In this document: in pieces, positions 62,512 through 64,000 of the stretch
Numbering within the stretch: the stretch's first letter is position 1
Layout of the letters: every line of letters starts with the position of its first letter
NCBI RefSeq assembly: GCF_008831285.2
Contig: NC_045138.2
Location: 7,502,001-7,566,000, forward strand
Direction of reading: 5' to 3'
Source: Nymphaea colorata
Lineage: Eukaryota
Length of the DNA: 64,000 nucleotides
Notes under the pieces: generated by a model
What the model saw: only the letters and a program-made list of their open reading frames with translations
Told to the model about the DNA's origin: nothing
The model's database searches: none
Made by a program: the position numbers and the translations under genes

Positions 62512-63847
62512 TAAGGGAACATGCGTGGAACCATAAATTATATTGATATTTTTAAAAAATTTTAATTTGTTCTTTGAAAAATATTATTTTATAAATCTTG
62601 AAGATACTATGTGGCCTTTAAAAAAAATAATTTCTAGCTCTATCCTTCGAAGGAAAAAGAACTATGAAGGTGCCGATTATTTGTCATGGTTTGGTTCAAT
62701 AGTAATGATATTGTTTTCCGAGACGTGCAGCTGGATATTAGGAAAATGAAGTTGGATAATTTATTTGATGTATCTTTATTGATGATCCATGGAAGGGCTC
62801 GCCCATACCAAGGGTTGAGTGTATGCTGGTTGTTGCCATGATGTATAATTTTGGCTTCCTTTTTAGTGTTTTGCTTGCCCAGTTGTAACCCCTAACAACC
62901 TGTAGGACATTTGAAATACCTCTCTTTCTTGGGGGATGTGATAACCAAACTCGCAATTCAAAACTTGGGGGATGCTATATTGATGATATTGAGAAATGTT
63001 GAGCTTGGGATTAGAGGTACCATTTTGAAAGTGGATTGGCTCTCCCTCTTCCCCATATTTCCTCTCTCTCTCTCTCTTGCTCACATGTTCACCATAATAT
63101 AATATGCTCTCTCTCTCTTGGTACGTCAATAGGCAATAACATAATAAGCATATTTCTCTCATTCTTACACAAACAAATCTTTCTTAGGGTCTACTTTTGA
63201 CCTATTAAAATAAACTAATAAAGGCTATAATTTAAATTTAACAAGTAAATAAAGTAACATTAACACAGGTTTCTATTGCTAACCGATTGGCTCTACATGC
63301 AAGGAGGTTGTCTCGTCGCCCAATATCGATGCAGTTCTGAACCCTTAGGGCAACTGAAAAAGGTTGTCTGGGGAGGGAGAGAGAAAAAGAGAAAAAAAGA
63401 AAAGGAAAGAAAGAAAGAAACAGAGACCTTCGTCCCTCATTTGGATGGCGGGATAACCTTCCCCTCACCCTAATAAATGCAAGTTATTTATTTTGATGAT
63501 TTTAACAAATGCATATCAATTGCATTCGCTCCTCTGTCTACTCTATTGGATCAATCCCCTTTAAGCATCCAACCTCTATTAGCAACCTGTTCTTGTGTGA
63601 GTCCAAAGGTACTGATGCTTATAATAAACAAGAAGATGGCATTTCACAAATGCCCCGCCGAGACATGGCAAATAAAAATATACATTCCATAAATGCCCCT
63701 GCCTTATTTCCATGACAAAAATTCTATTTCACGTATCTCTCTAGCTTATTTTTGCACACCCACAATTATTTCAGAAAATTTTCTTGGGTCTTTATTTCTA
63801 CGGATGCATATCATATGCAGCAACTCCTCTCTCTAATCTCCTCCATA

Positions 63848-64000
63848 CAGGGGTGGAGGTAGGGGGTGATGGGCCATTGCCCCACCTCAGATTTTTAAAA
63901 TTGTAACAAATTTAGTTTAACCTATATAAAAATTTTGAAGAATTATATTTTGACTTCTGTTAAAATTTTGAAGCTATAGTTCAGCGCCTTCAATGAAAAA
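63848..64000 (+). mobile_element. hAT-type MITE (family 1-like), running off the window end
   Basis: CAGGGGTGGAG start and core TATATAAAAATTTTGAA..ATTTTGAC..AATGAAAAA similar to 6417-6606. Confidence 0.6.

Larger units (their letters stand above)
56614..63290 (+). repeat. Segmental duplication, copy 2
   Basis: Collinear with 36261-42787. Confidence 0.95.

Overview
Repeat-rich plant (angiosperm) nuclear DNA; the species cannot be determined from the sequence alone. The only intact host gene is an intronless dirigent (DIR-b/d-like) gene at 58674-59252(-). It has a frameshifted paralog (38282-38852) inside a ~6.5 kb segmental duplication and a 5'-only relic (~14147-14398). A multi-exon PTP1-like protein tyrosine phosphatase pseudogene lies just downstream of the DIR gene, and two of its exons are duplicated. 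The rest is transposon-derived: two complete but decayed Ty1/Copia elements with LTRs, PBS, PPT and 5-bp TSDs (1011-5894 -, 30432-35935 +), a truncated Copia, a decayed L1-like LINE, a rearranged Gypsy-like block, PIF/Harbinger remnants, hAT-type MITEs, and two related Copia 5' halves facing each other as a ~8.7 kb inverted structure. Most unusual observations: (i) an array of tRNA-iMet PBS motifs alternating with their own reverse complements, forming tRNA-sized hairpins (27275-27461); (ii) a Copia family whose gag frame appears to start at an ATG inside the LTR and to be joined by a ~2.3 kb intron that removes the PBS, conserved in both copies. Coordinates were read by eye and may be off by a few bases; identities are visual estimates.
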